The position numbers were made by a program, and so were the translations under genes. Below the pieces are notes generated by a model. It made no database searches. It was given only the letters and a program-made list of their open reading frames with translations, and was not told where the DNA came from. Shown here one piece after another: positions 47,595 to 58,893 of a stretch of DNA of 64,000 nucleotides (positions are counted from its first letter, which is position 1; every line of letters starts with the position of its first letter). The stretch is from an uncultured delta proteobacterium (GTDB lineage Bacteria > Desulfobacterota > Binatia > UBA9968). The stretch is taken from contig CAVUZH010000005.1 of assembly GCA_963745835.1 (NCBI GenBank), forward strand, positions 32,001 through 96,000. The letters are read 5' to 3'.

Positions 47595-48557
47595 TCAGCG
47601 CAGCGATTTTCCAAAAACCTTTTCGATAAATCCCTCTTTGGCGATTTTCTCGACGACACTGTTGTCGATGACTTTGGGGGTCAGCGTTTCCGCATCCGCG
47701 CCTTTGACCGGCTCGAACTCCAGGACCGTAGCGACATTTCGCGCATCGACTCGCGGTATCTTCTCAGTAAAGCGAGTGACAATGCCGTAGGTTTCATCGA
47801 GAAAACTGGCGTCATTGCGCTTGAAATATTTCGCCAGTACTTTGAGAGTTGCCTCTTTGTCATTATTCATCTTGGCCACGGCTTCGATGTAAGCCTTCAT
47901 TGCGCGTTCCACGGTATCGGGATTCTTCTGTAGGAATTCCCGCGTCACTGCCATGACGTTCATGGCGAAGGGAATATCAAGGTCCGCCGCATTCAGCAGA
48001 GCGCGCGCCGGCGCTCTTGGCTTGACCGCGGTAACCATTCCGGCAATCTGCTTTTGTTCGAATGCGGCCTGGATCTCCGGCTGGCCGCCCAGCGGACGCA
48101 TGGTCGCGGACTGTTCCAATCCTAATTTGCGCAGAATCAACGTCGTTACGGTGTGAGCTGTCGAATTAAACCTTGTAATGCCAAGTGTCTGACCCTTTAA
48201 TTGTTCGGTTCGGGTGATGTCAGGATGAACGTACAAGGTCATCGGCGGACGATTGGTCATGGCGCCGATTGCCAGCACGGGCGCGCCGCGCGCCGCTGCC
48301 AGAACAACGCCGCTTATTCCGGGAGCGCTCATGTCGAGGCTGCCGCCGAGAAGCGCCTGGATATTCGTGCCACTTGAAGCGATATAAACCAGCTGAACGT
48401 CTAAGCCGTATTTTTTGAAAGTTCCGTACTCATGTGCCATCCAGATGCCTGCGACGGTGGGGCCGACCACGGAATACGACAACCGCAGGGGTGCCGCCGA
48501 AATCTCGCCCATTGTGCAAAACCAGAGCAGTGAAACCAAGGAGAGCAGCTTCATCAC
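47595..48557 (-). CDS. ABC-type substrate-binding protein, NMT1/THI5/SsuA family
   Basis: GTFKKYGLDV, QLKGQTLGITRFNS, C-terminal DNSVVEKIAKEGFIEKVF. Confidence 0.85.
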   Translation of the reverse strand: MMKLLSLVSLLWFCTMGEISAAPLRLSYSVVGPTVAGIWMAHEYGTFKKYGLDVQLVYIASSGTNIQALLGGSLDMSAPGISGVVLAAARGAPVLAIGAMTNRPPMTLYVHPDITRTEQLKGQTLGITRFNSTAHTVTTLILRKLGLEQSATMRPLGGQPEIQAAFEQKQIAGMVTAVKPRAPARALLNAADLDIPFAMNVMAVTREFLQKNPDTVERAMKAYIEAVAKMNNDKEATLKVLAKYFKRNDASFLDETYGIVTRFTEKIPRVDARNVATVLEFEPVKGADAETLTPKVIDNSVVEKIAKEGFIEKVFGKSLR

Positions 48558-48672
48558 GCTTTAACTCATCCCAAAGGAAGAAAATACCGGTCAGAGAATC
48601 TTTCGAATGGGGCCTCGCGCGAGCGGGCCCGTTCACCGACGGACCCGCTCGCATCTAATTTCGTAGAGAAGC

Positions 48673-49546
48673 TTAGGCCTTGAGATGTTTCTTTAAGAAT
48701 TCTTGGGTTCGGTCCCATGCTTCGCGGGCCGCTGCTGCGTTGTAGCGCTCCGGATTAGTGTCGTTATTAAAGGCGTGCTGCGCGCCCGGATAAATCTTAT
48801 GATCGTACGTCTTATTGTACTTCCTCATGGCGGCTTCGGTATCCGGAATGCTTTTGTTAACGCCCGGATCCTTTTCACCGTAGTGCGCCATAATCGGGGT
48901 TTTTATGCTTTGCAGCCGATCCGGTTCCGGACTTCGGCCATAATAAACCACCGCCGCCCTGAGCGCCGGAACCTGAGTAACCGTCGCAAACGTCACTTCC
49001 CCTCCCCAGCAAAACCCTACCATGCCGATTCGATCGCCGCGGACATCGGGAAGGACTCGCAGATATTGAACTCCTGCTTGAGTATCTTCCGCAACGTTTT
49101 GCCAGGGCGCCAGTTCACGAATGTTCGACAAGCCGCCACCTTTCGGATTGGCTTTGGCCGTGCCGCCCTGGCGCGACAGGTAATCGGGGGCCAAAGCGAC
49201 ATAGCCTTCTTTGACGAAACGACGGGCCACATCGTGAATATGATCGTTGAGACCGGCGTTTTCATGAACCACTATGACTGCAGGGTATTTCCCAGCTTTT
49301 ACGCGGGCGAGCCAGATAAGCGAAGATTGGCCCGACTTTGCCTTCGTATTGAACATTGTGGGTGAGGATATCGGGATCGTTGGGCGGTACTTGGGCTGCA
49401 ACTGCAGCGGAAGGGAGAAGACTGGCGATCAAGCTGTTTGCCGCAGCTAAGCTCCCGGTAGCGATAATCGCTTGTCGCATGAATTCCCGCCGCGACAATT
49501 TACCCTGCTGATATTCGCGCAACAGTTCTCTTATCTTCTCGGCCAT
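48673..49546 (-). CDS. Dienelactone hydrolase-family protein with Tat-like signal (YghX-like); frameshift near 49303
   Basis: N-terminal SRREFM in the 49262-49546 frame. VVHENAGLN, GFCWGG, HYGEKD and HAFNNDT in the 48673 frame. Confidence 0.85.
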
Positions 49547-49855
49547 AAGATCTCCTTTGCTGAGTTTTTATCAAGCATTCATTCGGCTCCGCGTGCAACC
49601 TATATATTGATCCGAACAGCAAGGTCAAGGTGTTTCCTGGTTTGTTTCCGTGGATCGTTCCCAGTGCCGAATTGGTTCCATGCCGGACCTCGTAAAACCC
49701 TCGATCCGATGATTGACCCCTATGGTTTAGATCTGCCAGTCGTCTAAAAAGACAAAGCCGTGCGTGCAAAGGGCTGATAATTTGGTATCATTGAACCAGT
49801 GCTTCTACGGATATCGCATGAATTAACGATTGACTGCAACAAAAGGAGGAGCGAA

Positions 49856-50829
49856 ATGATGCAGAAACTCTTTGTGCTTATCATCAGCTTTCTTGTTGTC
49901 GCGCTATCGTCGGCAAACGCGCAAAATTATCCGACCAAGGTCGTCACCATGATTGTACCTTTTGCGGCCGGTGGACCGACCGACACTGTGGCTAGGTTGC
50001 TGGGTGGGCCGATGACCAAGACGCTGAAGCAGCAAATCATCGTCGAGAATGTCGGCGGCGCTGGAGGCACGATCGCCGCGAACAGGGTAGCCAAGGCAAC
50101 ACCCGACGGTTACACCATTTTGATACATCACATCGGCATGTCGACTGCCCCGGCGCTGTACCGCAAGCTGGCTTACAACCCGCTTACTGATTTCGAACAC
50201 ATTGGCCTGATCAATGAGGTGCCGATGACTCTTGTGGCAAAAAAGGATTTTCCGCCAAAGATCTCAAGGAGCTAATCGCCTATGTGAAAGCTAACAAGAA
50301 CAAGGTTAATTACGCCAATGCCGGTGTGGGTGCCGCCTCGCATCTATGCGGTATGATCTTTATGAGCGCGATCCAGACAGAAGTGACCACGATTCCCTAC
50401 AGCGGTACGGCCCCGGCGATGAACGATCTTCTCGGCGGCCAGGTAGACTTTATGTGCGACCAGACCACCAACACGACCAGCCAGATCAAAGCGGAAAAGA
50501 TCAAGGTCTATGGCGTGACAACTAAAAAGCGCGTGCCTTCTCTGCCCAACGTACCGACCATGGATGAGGCTGGGTTAAAAGATTTTGAGGTTTCGATCTG
50601 GCATGCTCTCTATGCGCCGAAGGGGACGCCCAAACCGGTTATCGATACTTTAACGAAAGCTCTCCAGGTCGCACTAAAAGACTCGACGGTTAAACAGCGC
50701 TTTGGTGACCTGGGGACGGAACCGGTCAGCGAGGATCGTGCCACGCCGGAAGCGTTGCGCAAACACCTCAAATCTGAAATCGACAGATGGGGACCCATCA
50801 TCAAGAAAGCCGGTGTGTACGCAGACTAA
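49856..50829 (+). CDS. tctC: Tripartite tricarboxylate transporter substrate-binding protein; frameshift near 50259
   Basis: IVPFAAGGPTD, ENVGGAGG, PDGYT. Adding one A to CCAAAGATC joins the two ORFs (PKDLKELIAYVKANK). Confidence 0.85.
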
Positions 50830-50850
50830 CGGGATCTAATTACAAGACCG

Positions 50851-50884
50851 AAAAAAGGCCGGGCATATGCCCGGCCTTTTTTTC
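50851..50884 (+). terminator. Intrinsic terminator / stem-loop between tctC and tctB
   Basis: AAAAAAGGCCGGGCA-TA-TGCCCGGCCTTTTTTT perfect palindrome with U tract. Confidence 0.85.
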
Positions 50885-50960
50885 TTTACATATTGTTGTA
50901 GAAGGCGGCTTGATCATTGCGCACCCGAGGAGGCTTTCTGCAACAACCAGACGACTTCTC

Positions 50961-51417
50961 ATGATCCGCAGCACCAGAGATTTTTGGACCGGCGCGATTT
51001 ACGTTTTGATCGGTTTGAGCGCTGTCCTGATTGCACGCGACTACGGCATGGGTAGCGCGCGTGAGAATGGGCCCGGCTTATTTTCCTACCCTCCTCGGAA
51101 TCCTATTGATGATTGTCGGGGCGATCGCTCTGATTCGCTCGTTTATCGTACCCGGCATCCCGATCGGCGCGTTCGCCATCAAGGGCCTCTTGCTGGTTGT
51201 TTCTTCGGTGTTCCTATTCGGCTTTATCGTACGAGAAGCCGGGCTGATCATTGCCTTGCCGCTCCTGGTGATTATCAGCGCCTTTGCCAGCAGCCACTTT
51301 CGCTGGGTGCCGACGATTGCGTTGGCAGCCGGACTCACGGTTTTTTGCGCTCTCGTGTTCATCAAGGGATTGGGTGTGCCTTTGCCACTTATCGGGTCGT
51401 GGTTCGGCGGCGGTTGA
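50961..51417 (+). CDS. tctB: Tripartite tricarboxylate transporter small permease; frameshift near 51060
   Basis: MIRSTRDFWTG...DYGMGSA / VRMGPAYFP...VFIKGLGVPLP, located between tctC and tctA. Confidence 0.8.
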
Positions 51418-51447
51418 TGCGCTGTCATCGCTAAACAGAAGTCTCTT

Positions 51448-52947
51448 ATGGACCTCGTCAACAATATCGCTCTCGGTTTTCAAACTGCCTTTACCTTCGC
51501 CAACCTGTTTTACTGTCTGATCGGTGTCTTTCTCGGGACGCTGATCGGCGTATTGCCAGGTCTCGGGCCGACTGCCACGATCGCCATGCTGCTGCCCATC
51601 ACGTTTGCACTGCCGCCGATATCATCGCTGATCATGCTGGCGGGGATCTATTACGGCTCCCAGTACGGCGGATCGACAACTTCGATACTTGTCAATCTCC
51701 CAGGCGAAGCAGCATCGGTAGTTACCACTTTGGACGGCTATCAGATGGCCAAGCAAGGCCGGGCGGGAGTCGCGCTGGCGACGTGCGCGATCGGCTCGTT
51801 CTTCGCCGGGACGGTGGCGACTTTTCTGATCGCGGCGTTCGGACCGCCGCTTGCTGCGATTGCGCTGAAATTTGGTCCCGCAGAATACTTTTCGCTGATG
51901 ACCTTGGGACTGGTGGCATCCATCGTGCTCGCTCAAGGATCGCTGCTGCATGCTTTCGGTATGGTGGTACTCGGACTTCTTCTGGGACTCGTCGGCACCG
52001 ATGTGACTTCGGGGGTGCAGCGGTTCACGTTCGATAGGCCGGAACTCGCCGATGGAATCGGCTTTGTGACCGTCGCCATGGGGATGTTCGGTCTCGGTGA
52101 GATCATTCGTAATCTAGAGACGGAGGCTCAGCGCTCGGTGGTGGTGGCAAAGATCACCACCTTGATGCCGACGCGGCAAGATTTTAAGCGAATGATCGCG
52201 CCGATTTTGCGCGGCACGGCGATCGGCTCGGCTTTGGGAATTTTGCCCGGCAGCGGTTCGATTCTCGGGGCGTTTGCCGCATATTCGATCGAAAAGAAAG
52301 TCTCAAGGAACCGAGCGCAATTCGGCAAGGGCGCCATCGAAGGCGTCGCCGCGCCTGAGTCGGCCAACAACGCCGGCGCGCAAACTTCGTTTATCCCGAT
52401 GCTGACGTTGGGAATTCCTTCGAATCCAGTGATGGCGCTGATGGTAGGAGCGATGATTATTCAAGGGATTCAGCCCGGCCCGTCGGTGATCACGGAGCAG
52501 CCGGCGCTGTTCTGGGGAATCGTCGTTTCCATGTGGATCGGCAATCTGTTCCTACTAGTCCTCAATCTCCCATTGATCGGACTCTGGGTGCGAATGATCA
52601 TGATCCCATATCGGCTGCTCTATCCAGCCATTCTAGTTTTCTGCGCCATTGGTGTCTTCAGCCTCCGAAACTCCGAGTTCGATGTTTACATGATGGCGCT
52701 GTTCGGGATTCTTGGCTATGTCTTTTCAAAGCTCGGTTGCGAGCCTGCGCCGATGTTGCTGGCATTTATTTTGGGTCCTCTAATGGAAGAATTTCTCCGA
52801 CGCGCCATGTTGCTCTCGCGCGGCGATCCCTTGGTATTTATACAACGGCCGATCAGCGCGACATTGTTGGGTATAGCCGTGCTGGCGATGTGCGCCGTGC
52901 TGCTGCCTACATTTGGAAAGACAAGAGAAGTCGCGTTCAAAGAATGA
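51448..52947 (+). CDS. tctA: Tripartite tricarboxylate transporter large permease
   Basis: GVLPGLG, YYGSQYGGS, LDGY.MA, GPAEYF, EGVAAPESANN, PMLTLGIP. Confidence 0.95.
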   Translation: MDLVNNIALGFQTAFTFANLFYCLIGVFLGTLIGVLPGLGPTATIAMLLPITFALPPISSLIMLAGIYYGSQYGGSTTSILVNLPGEAASVVTTLDGYQMAKQGRAGVALATCAIGSFFAGTVATFLIAAFGPPLAAIALKFGPAEYFSLMTLGLVASIVLAQGSLLHAFGMVVLGLLLGLVGTDVTSGVQRFTFDRPELADGIGFVTVAMGMFGLGEIIRNLETEAQRSVVVAKITTLMPTRQDFKRMIAPILRGTAIGSALGILPGSGSILGAFAAYSIEKKVSRNRAQFGKGAIEGVAAPESANNAGAQTSFIPMLTLGIPSNPVMALMVGAMIIQGIQPGPSVITEQPALFWGIVVSMWIGNLFLLVLNLPLIGLWVRMIMIPYRLLYPAILVFCAIGVFSLRNSEFDVYMMALFGILGYVFSKLGCEPAPMLLAFILGPLMEEFLRRAMLLSRGDPLVFIQRPISATLLGIAVLAMCAVLLPTFGKTREVAFKE

Positions 52948-53153
52948 CGCTTGAGCTTTTAGAATGACGGCCGCTTTGGTGATCTGCCGCTCTACATCGC
53001 AGGACGATAAGTCAATGCGACGACGGCTTCTCGATCGTATTCCGGTCGTAGCATCGCGTTTGCCGAAGGGTGAGCATCACGCTAATCCGCTATAAGTTTT
53101 CGACCTATGTTTACTAGCGGTCTCTTTGGCGTTTTTGGTGAAGCAGGTAAGCC

Positions 53154-53471
53154 TCATTGAGGGGGCGCTGAAACAAAATATTTCAACAGAGCGGGGCAGA
53201 GCCAGCCCTCCATGTTTAGCGCAGGGCAGTAGTACCAGTTACCGCTGAACTCTTCACGGCGCCATTCAAACTCAGCTTTGAACCCGGGAAACGGTTGTGC
53301 CGAGAAGACCAGGGTAAAACCCGACTCAGCGTCAGGGATCTCTTGAACCAACCGATCGATGATGGCATCGGCGCCGGAAACGAATGGTTCTTGCCTAAGC
53401 CTCACTGCCGGGTCATCGAAGACCCACATGTCTCCGGCCTTGTATGGGTGAATGGCGATCAATTCATTCAT
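53154..53471 (-). CDS. Conserved hypothetical protein (DUF6717-like)
   Basis: IHPYK..MWVFDD..GL/RL.QEPFVSGAD, FSA.PFPG, GNWY, EGWLCPAL.KYF pattern. Confidence 0.6.
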   Translation of the reverse strand: MNELIAIHPYKAGDMWVFDDPAVRLRQEPFVSGADAIIDRLVQEIPDAESGFTLVFSAQPFPGFKAEFEWRREEFSGNWYYCPALNMEGWLCPALLKYFVSAPPQ

Positions 53472-53671
53472 GCATCAGCTCCTTTCGATCCCGCAGTGAG
53501 TGCACTGATTTGCGATGAAGAGTTAGAGCTGATGATCGCCCAAGAGATTTCGTATCCGCACTTGGCGCACCTGCCATGGATTGCTTGTGATCCGCTCCCG
53601 TCAGGCTTGCCGATTGTTACGCCCCAGTAGTTACCGCACCGGGGACAGTTACGAGCCAAATAGACAGCCAT
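53468..53671 (-). CDS. Small zinc-ribbon protein (CxxC-x20-CxxC)
   Basis: CPRC...CAKC. ATGA overlap with the downstream gene and an upstream promoter-like sequence. Confidence 0.6.
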   Translation of the reverse strand: MAVYLARNCPRCGNYWGVTIGKPDGSGSQAIHGRCAKCGYEISWAIISSNSSSQISALTAGSKGADA

Positions 53672-53677
53672 GTACTT

Positions 53678-53706
53678 AGAGTAGCGAGCGACTTAGGGCT
53701 GTTCAA
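53678..53706 (-). promoter_or_regulatory. Putative leaderless sigma70 promoter
   Basis: Minus strand TTGAAC-17 nt-TACTCT-6 nt-ATG(53671). Confidence 0.5.
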
Positions 53707-54799
53707 TCGGGTGCCAAGAGCGGCCAGTATCATAATATGCAATTGGAAAGTGGTAAGCTGAGAAGTGACAGGTCAAACCGGAGACGGAGAAGCAAGGCGC
53801 AACTCCGTCATGGACGGAATATAACGCTTACTCTTTCGATGTTTTTGTTAAGCGGTAGCCGACAGCAATCGATTGACATTCACGGCTGTGGTGCACATTC
53901 CGCAGGGAGCTACGCGATCGCATGACGGAACTGAATTGCATCAGGACTTAGCAGCGAAGCCGAGGTAGAGATGGAAGCTATCGCATTGGTAAAGACGTCG
54001 ATCGATGAGGGCAGGGCTCCTTTGTAATTAAGCTAAAGCGAAGATAATTGACCGATCGTCTTAGTAAGAAAAGACAGAAAATCGACATGATCCGGTCTCT
54101 TGGATGAGAACGGCCGATTGCTAACCTTGAGCGGATGCGGGATTTATTTCCAATGGCAACCAAATGCGCGTCAGGAGGAACTAACCAATGATCCCACCCT
54201 TCTGTGATTATCTGCTGGGGGCTGCTCCTTATCTATTGATGATGTTGTTCGTAGGCACCTGCGGAGGTGCTCTCTAGTTTTCCGCGCTCACTTGCGCTCT
54301 GGTAGCTCAGCCGGAAAATCGTGATACGATTTGGTCACTCATGCTTCACCTTGCATTGAGCGACGGAAAAGATTTGCTACGCGCCGGCTGTTTTTGCCCG
54401 CAGTTTTCTTTGACTCCGATTGCGTGACCCTGCTCCTGTCCAACGGCGGTGGAAAACTGCTTTTCAACCACCGCGTCATGTAAGCCCTTGTTAAGACGCC
54501 GGCGGTATAAACAACCAAATGACAAATGGATCCACATCAAGCTATCCGATGTGTGGAAGTTGAGAGGTAGCGTTGTTGCGCCAGAGTCGGTTTGTGGCCT
54601 CCGCGGGTACTGGCCGCAGAGAAAGGCTTGACTCATGAGCCGACCAATCTGCTTGCCGCAAACAGCGACGTTTGATGCCCTTTGAGTTAGCAAGGCTTAC
54701 CAAGTACATTCAAGAGATCTTTCGAAAGCAGAAGGTCGCCTTGCCGCCGGGTGGAAAATTCACTCTGCGGACGCGCGCTGAGATTTTTTAGGATTAATC

Positions 54800-56718
<1,919 letters not shown>

Positions 56719-56722
<4 letters not shown>

Positions 56723-58878
56723 AGCTCTGGCCAGGCAAACCTTATCCGCTCGGGGCGCTCTGGGATGGCGCGGGGGTCAATTTTTCCGTGTTTTCCGAGA
56801 ATGCCGAGAGGGTCGAGCTTTGTTTGTTCGATTCGTCCGAGGGTAAAGAGAGCGCGCGTATTCCGCTAAGAGAAAAGACCGCGCACGTCTGGCACATTTA
56901 TCTTCCTGAGGTTCGCCTTGGGCAGCTTTATGGTTACCGAGTGCACGGACCCTACGAACCCGAGCAAGGCCATCGCTTCAATCCGGCAAAACTGCTGTTA
57001 GATCCGTATGCCATGGCTATTGCCGGAACGATCAAGTGGGGCGATGACCTGTTTGGCTATCCGATCGGTCATCCCGATGCCGATCTGACGGCGGACCAGC
57101 GCGACAGCAGCGATGGCCTGCCCAGGTGTGTGGTGGTAGATCCGGCGTTCAGTTGGGGCAACGACGTGGCGCCGCGCACACCATGGCACAAGACGTTGAT
57201 TTACGAGCTTCACGTCAAAGGCTTCACCGCGCGGCATCCGGGAGTGCCCGAGCGGCTACGAGGCACCTATGCGGGACTTGCCTGCCCGGCAGTGCTGGAA
57301 TATTTTCATTCTCTGGGGATCACCGCGGTAGAGTTGATGCCGGTGCATCAATTTGTCGCCGACCGCCAGCTGGTTGACCGGGGTCTCACCAACTTCTGGG
57401 GCTACAATTCCATCGGCTTCTTCGCCCCTGACGCGCGCTACTCGAGCAGCGGCGTGCTCGGACAGCAGGTGGCGGAATTCAAAACCCTGGTCAAGACGCT
57501 TCATCGCGAGGGCATCGAGGTCATACTCGACGTTGTTTACAATCACACTGCCGAAGGCAACGAGCTGGGGCCGACGCTGTCTTTTCGCGGCATTGACAAC
57601 GCGTCGTACTATCGACTTGTGGAAAACGATCGCCGTTACTACATGGACTACACCGGCTGCGGCAACACGCTCAATGCCACCCAGCCGGCGGTGCTCCGTT
57701 TGATCATGGATAGTTTGCGCTATTGGATTCAGGAGATGCATGTCGACGGTTTCCGTTTTGATTTGGCTTCCGCTCTGGCGCGCGAGCTTCATGCCGTGGA
57801 CCGGCTCGGCGCCTTCTTCGATATCATTCATCAAGATCCGGTGATCTCGCAGGTGAAACTCATTGCCGAACCATGGGATCTCGGCGAAGGTGGATACCAG
57901 GTGGGCAACTTCCCGGCGCTTTGGGCTGAATGGAACGGCGTGTACCGCGATACGGTGCGCCGCTTCTGGAAAGGCGACAGCGGACAAATCGGCAGCATGG
58001 CCTATCGCGTGACCGGCAGCAGCGACTTGTACGGCAGCAGCGATCGTCAGCCCCACGCCAGCATAAATTTCATTACCGCGCACGATGGATTTACTTTGCA
58101 CGACCTGGTCAGTTACAACGACAAGCACAACGAAGCCAACGGCGAAGACAATCGCGATGGCCACAACGAAAATCTGAGCTGGAATTGCGGCGCGGAAGGC
58201 CCAACCGACGATATTGGGATCATCGAACTAAGAGAGCGGCAGAAAAGAAACTTCTTAGCCACTCTGCTGTTATCGCAAGGCGTGCCGATGCTTCTTGCCG
58301 GCGACGAAATAGGCCGCTCGCAAAGCGGCAATAACAATAGCTATTGCCAGGACAACGAGATCTCCTGGGTCGATTGGAATCTCGACCCACGGCGGCAGTC
58401 GTTGTTGGAATTTACTCGCGGTCTGATTCAATTGTTTCACGATCATCCGGTGTTGCGGCGGCGCCATTTCTTTCAGGGTCGCAGTATCCGTGGTACCGCA
58501 GTCAAGGATCTGAGCTGGTTTCGCTGCGATGGCAAAGAAATGACCGAAGAAGATTGGAACAATACGGAAAACCGCTGCATCGGTTTGATCCTGTCGGGCG
58601 ACGCTGTCGACGAACTCGACGCGCGTGGCAATCAAATCAGCGACGACACATTTTTGTTCCTGCTGAATTCGTACCACCAACGGGTCGGGTTCATGCTGCC
58701 AGGTCCCAGCGCCAAAGCACAATGGCAGGTAGTTCTCGACACCCGCGAAGGGATGGCGCGCCGGACGAGGCGCGTGAACAAGGGCGCCAACTACAATCTG
58801 GAGGGTCGTTCGCTGGCTTTGTTTAGGCTGTTCGACAGCCAAGAGGCCTTACCGATGGCGTTGGCGCGCCGGCGCTAG
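56719..58878 (+). CDS. glgX: Glycogen debranching enzyme (GlgX/TreX)
   Basis: MKLWPGKPYPLGA, YELHVKG, WGYN, DVVYNHTAEG, DGFRFDLA, AEPWD, TAHDGFTL. ATGA overlap with treZ. Confidence 0.95.
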
Positions 58879-58893
58879 TAAAAAGATTTGATC

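Noticed and set aside
54251-54270. GTAG-footed hairpin GTAG-GCACCT-GCGG-AGGTGC (REP-like), and GTAGGGGCG at ~31308
   Set aside because: Single short instances with no repeated family within the window.
54294-54318. tRNA-like 5' fragment GCGCTCTGGTAGCTCAGCCGGA
   Set aside because: No anticodon arm, T-loop (GTTCRA) or acceptor complement follows.
54346-54693. Minus-strand small ORF(s) upstream of treZ
   Set aside because: No motif; a plausible small membrane protein needs an assumed frameshift, so it cannot be supported.
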